Part shown: positions 34,077-36,075 of the stretch, one piece after another
Position numbering within the stretch: position 1 is the first letter of the stretch
Layout of the letters: each line of letters begins with the position of its first letter
The notes under the pieces: model-generated
Databases searched by the model: none
The model's input: only the letters and a program-made list of their open reading frames with translations
What the model was told of the DNA's origin: nothing
Translations under genes and position numbers: made by a program
From: an uncultured archaeon
Lineage (GTDB): Archaea > Iainarchaeota > Iainarchaeia > Iainarchaeales > JAAZKV01
NCBI GenBank assembly: GCA_964541135.1
Contig: CAZIPK010000001.1
Span: 1-36,075, forward strand
DNA length: 36,075 nucleotides
Direction: 5' to 3'

Positions 34077-34660
34077 GCAACAGCCTTATTAAACCTTAAA
34101 AGAAAATACTGCATAGGGGAAAAAAATCTGCTGAATAATTTAATTTTAAAAACCTGTTTTTGAACTGCAGGATCAAAAAGGAAAGCAAAAAACATTGCAT
34201 ACCCCACGCCGCTAGAAAGATGATAAAAAGTAAAAGGAATCTGACCAAGAACAGTAAACAAAAAAGGCTGGTTGAACAAAAAAGTACTCATCAAAGGACC
34301 AGTGATTGCATCAAAAACCAAAACCCCAATAATTGAGCCAAAAAAGTAATGCTTAATGCCAAGTGCTTTTAACTTTGAAAACCAAAAACCTAAGAAAAGA
34401 ATTACAACAAAATAAGTGCTTGACGTTACTAGCGTCCACACCCCAAATTTACCCACAATAATATCAAAAGAAAACATACAAACAAAAGCAAAAGCCGCTG
34501 AAAGCAAAAAATTCTTTTTAGAATGTGGCAAAGCAAGACCAATAATTGGGTCATTATTTGGAAAAAATCTCAAAAAGCGAAGAAAAGTCGCAAAAACAAA
34601 CCCCAAAACAAGCCGAACTGAAAGCATGAAGTAAAAGAAAGTGAAAGAATTTAAAAACAC
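34070..34660 (-). CDS. Small 5-6-TM membrane protein, possibly an ECF S-component-like substrate-capture protein
   Basis: About 190 aa and very hydrophobic. The motif FFPNNDPIIGLALP lies near TM1. Its stop overlaps the GTG start of the DUF4430 gene by 7 nt. The start is GTG 34660 or ATG 34627. The function is inferred from context only. Confidence 0.6.
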   Translation of the reverse strand: MFLNSFTFFYFMLSVRLVLGFVFATFLRFLRFFPNNDPIIGLALPHSKKNFLLSAAFAFVCMFSFDIIVGKFGVWTLVTSSTYFVVILFLGFWFSKLKALGIKHYFFGSIIGVLVFDAITGPLMSTFLFNQPFLFTVLGQIPFTFYHLSSGVGYAMFFAFLFDPAVQKQVFKIKLFSRFFSPMQYFLLRFNKAVAW

Positions 34661-34752
34661 CTCTTATTGAAAGAAAATCTGACAAAAAAAACAAATACTT
34701 CACAAAAAATAAAAGACAATCAAATAAAAGAGGCAACTTAACAAAAGAATAT

Positions 34753-36075
34753 TTATAAAAGTGGCAAATCCTGCTTGTACTCAATTCCCAGCTTTAAAGA
34801 AATTTCTGCTTTCATTAACTCCATGCCCAAGTAAGACGAATGATAAGGGTCCACTGGATGCTGGGAAGAATTAATCGCATCACTTACTTCCCTTGCAGTG
34901 CTTGCAGAATAATGCTTAAGCAAAACGCTGTTTGGGGAATAATGTTCAACAAATATTTTGCCATTTTCTGTTTTTATTATGAAATAACCGCGCGGATCAA
35001 AAAAACAATTAGTAAAATTCCCGTGTTTCTCGACAACATCAATCGAGTCCTGCCAATTATCCTGATAAATGTGGGCACTCGCAGAAATCGTGGTTAAAGA
35101 ACCCATCTTTAATCCAAGCCTATTCGCAATAATTTTTTGCAAATTCCTCAAACCAAAAGCATTCAGCGGCCAACCACGAAACATATCATTACTCCTAATA
35201 TAAGAAACCAAAAACAAAGCGCCATCCAAAACCAAGGCCTGCACCAGAACAAGACAAGGGTGCATCTTATTACCACGCAACTCTTCCTCAACAATCCAAG
35301 TCAGGGCAACCCCAGATTTTCTATAATAATCTTTGGACAAAAGCAAAATAATATCCTCAATTTGGTCAATCTTTTCCCCATTCTTTCCACTCCAACCCCT
35401 AAGCCTCGAACCATAAGTATATGCAGTGCCCTCAGGAACCCTGCCCAAACAAATTTCATCATAATATTTTTTCAAATACGCCTCATCAAACCTAAAATAA
35501 GGCTCCACTTTTGGCTTGATTGGATCCTCAGATTCAATAATCACCATTAAATTCAGACACTCTTTAAGCTCAACCGAATCAGTTGATTTTGCGCGGGTTA
35601 CTCTGCCATAATCATTAATGGTTTTTAAAATTTCAAGCCATGCTCTCCCAATAGTTTCACTTCGCACAACAAACCCGCTAGATTCGCTTGGAAAACTACC
35701 CTTAGCCAACTTTGGCTTAGGGAATAATTTTGATTCACTGTAAGGCTCTTTTTTAGAAAGAGAAACAAGCACTTCATTTATTGCCGACGCATAAAGAGTT
35801 GAATCATTTAAATCGCTTATTTTATCAGAAATATCAATCAAAACAACATTTTCTCTTAATTTCTCCAAATCACTTAAAGGAATTTCTTTTGAAATTTTTG
35901 TATCTGTACCAAAAACCTTCCCATCAACAACCCCTTTGGAGAAAAAATTTACTAAAACCTCCTTGCTTTTGGCCTTGTCATTGCCAACAAGAATTATGTA
36001 CCGAATGTTCGGGTTTGCTAAGCAATTTCTAATTAAAGGTTCAAGCCCGTTTTGACGGTCATAAAAATTTCCCAC
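34753..36075 (-). CDS. Methanogen-type thymidylate synthase (ThyA-like) flanked by an MtrA-like N-module and a DUF4346-like C-module; the 5' end is outside the window
   Basis: N-part LANPNIRYIILVGND (MtrA-family hallmark). TS core YTYGSRLRGW, DQIEDII, HPCLVLVQALV, IRSNDMFRGWPLNAFGL, SAHIYQDN. C-part FFDPRGYFII...HSSYLGMELMKAE...YKQD. The ORF is open to the window edge. Confidence 0.8.
   Translation of the reverse strand: MGNFYDRQNGLEPLIRNCLANPNIRYIILVGNDKAKSKEVLVNFFSKGVVDGKVFGTDTKISKEIPLSDLEKLRENVVLIDISDKISDLNDSTLYASAINEVLVSLSKKEPYSESKLFPKPKLAKGSFPSESSGFVVRSETIGRAWLEILKTINDYGRVTRAKSTDSVELKECLNLMVIIESEDPIKPKVEPYFRFDEAYLKKYYDEICLGRVPEGTAYTYGSRLRGWSGKNGEKIDQIEDIILLLSKDYYRKSGVALTWIVEEELRGNKMHPCLVLVQALVLDGALFLVSYIRSNDMFRGWPLNAFGLRNLQKIIANRLGLKMGSLTTISASAHIYQDNWQDSIDVVEKHGNFTNCFFDPRGYFIIKTENGKIFVEHYSPNSVLLKHYSASTAREVSDAINSSQHPVDPYHSSYLGMELMKAEISLKLGIEYKQDLPLL

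Noticed and set aside
1-36075. CRISPR arrays, rRNA genes, integrases/transposases and restriction-modification or other recognisable defence genes.
   Set aside because: I looked for regularly spaced repeats and for signature motifs in all track ORFs and found none. Apart from the left-edge LAGLIDADG ORF, the window is housekeeping and metabolic.

Overview
This is an AT-rich archaeal chromosome segment (roughly one-third G+C by eye, not computed). Its gene content fits a small-genome DPANN-type archaeon, but the phylum cannot be fixed from this window. Archaeal hallmarks include Hjc resolvase, archaeal DnaG, Pth2, RNase P Rpp21, a class-III-signal pilin with an A24 prepilin peptidase, GGGP synthase and RPA. 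The conserved cluster eS19-eL39-eL31-aIF6-LX-prefoldin alpha-FtsY is present, as is SRP54. There are three tRNAs: Val-UAC, Gly-UCC, and Gly-GCC with an 80-nt intron in a canonical bulge-helix-bulge. The last 8 kb is a single minus-strand block. It holds a thymidylate-synthase fusion, a small polytopic membrane protein, a DUF4430 (transcobalamin-like) lipoprotein, thioredoxin, class II B12-dependent RNR (NrdJ), corrinoid adenosyltransferase CobO and a P-loop nucleotide kinase. I read this block as a combined dNTP-supply and cobalamin-salvage locus. I saw no CRISPR array, rRNA, integrase or transposase. The only mobile-element trace is a 5'-truncated LAGLIDADG endonuclease ORF at the left edge. 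The most notable items are these: (1) the TS domain sits between an MtrA-like module and a DUF4346-like module; (2) two genes each have a start-containing N-terminal piece separated from the body by a -1 shift at an A/T homopolymer; (3) an HtpX protease carries HELSN instead of HEXXH; (4) an Arg-rich orphan gene is flanked by long A-rich spacers. None of these is proven novel, and all need database or read-level checks that I cannot run.
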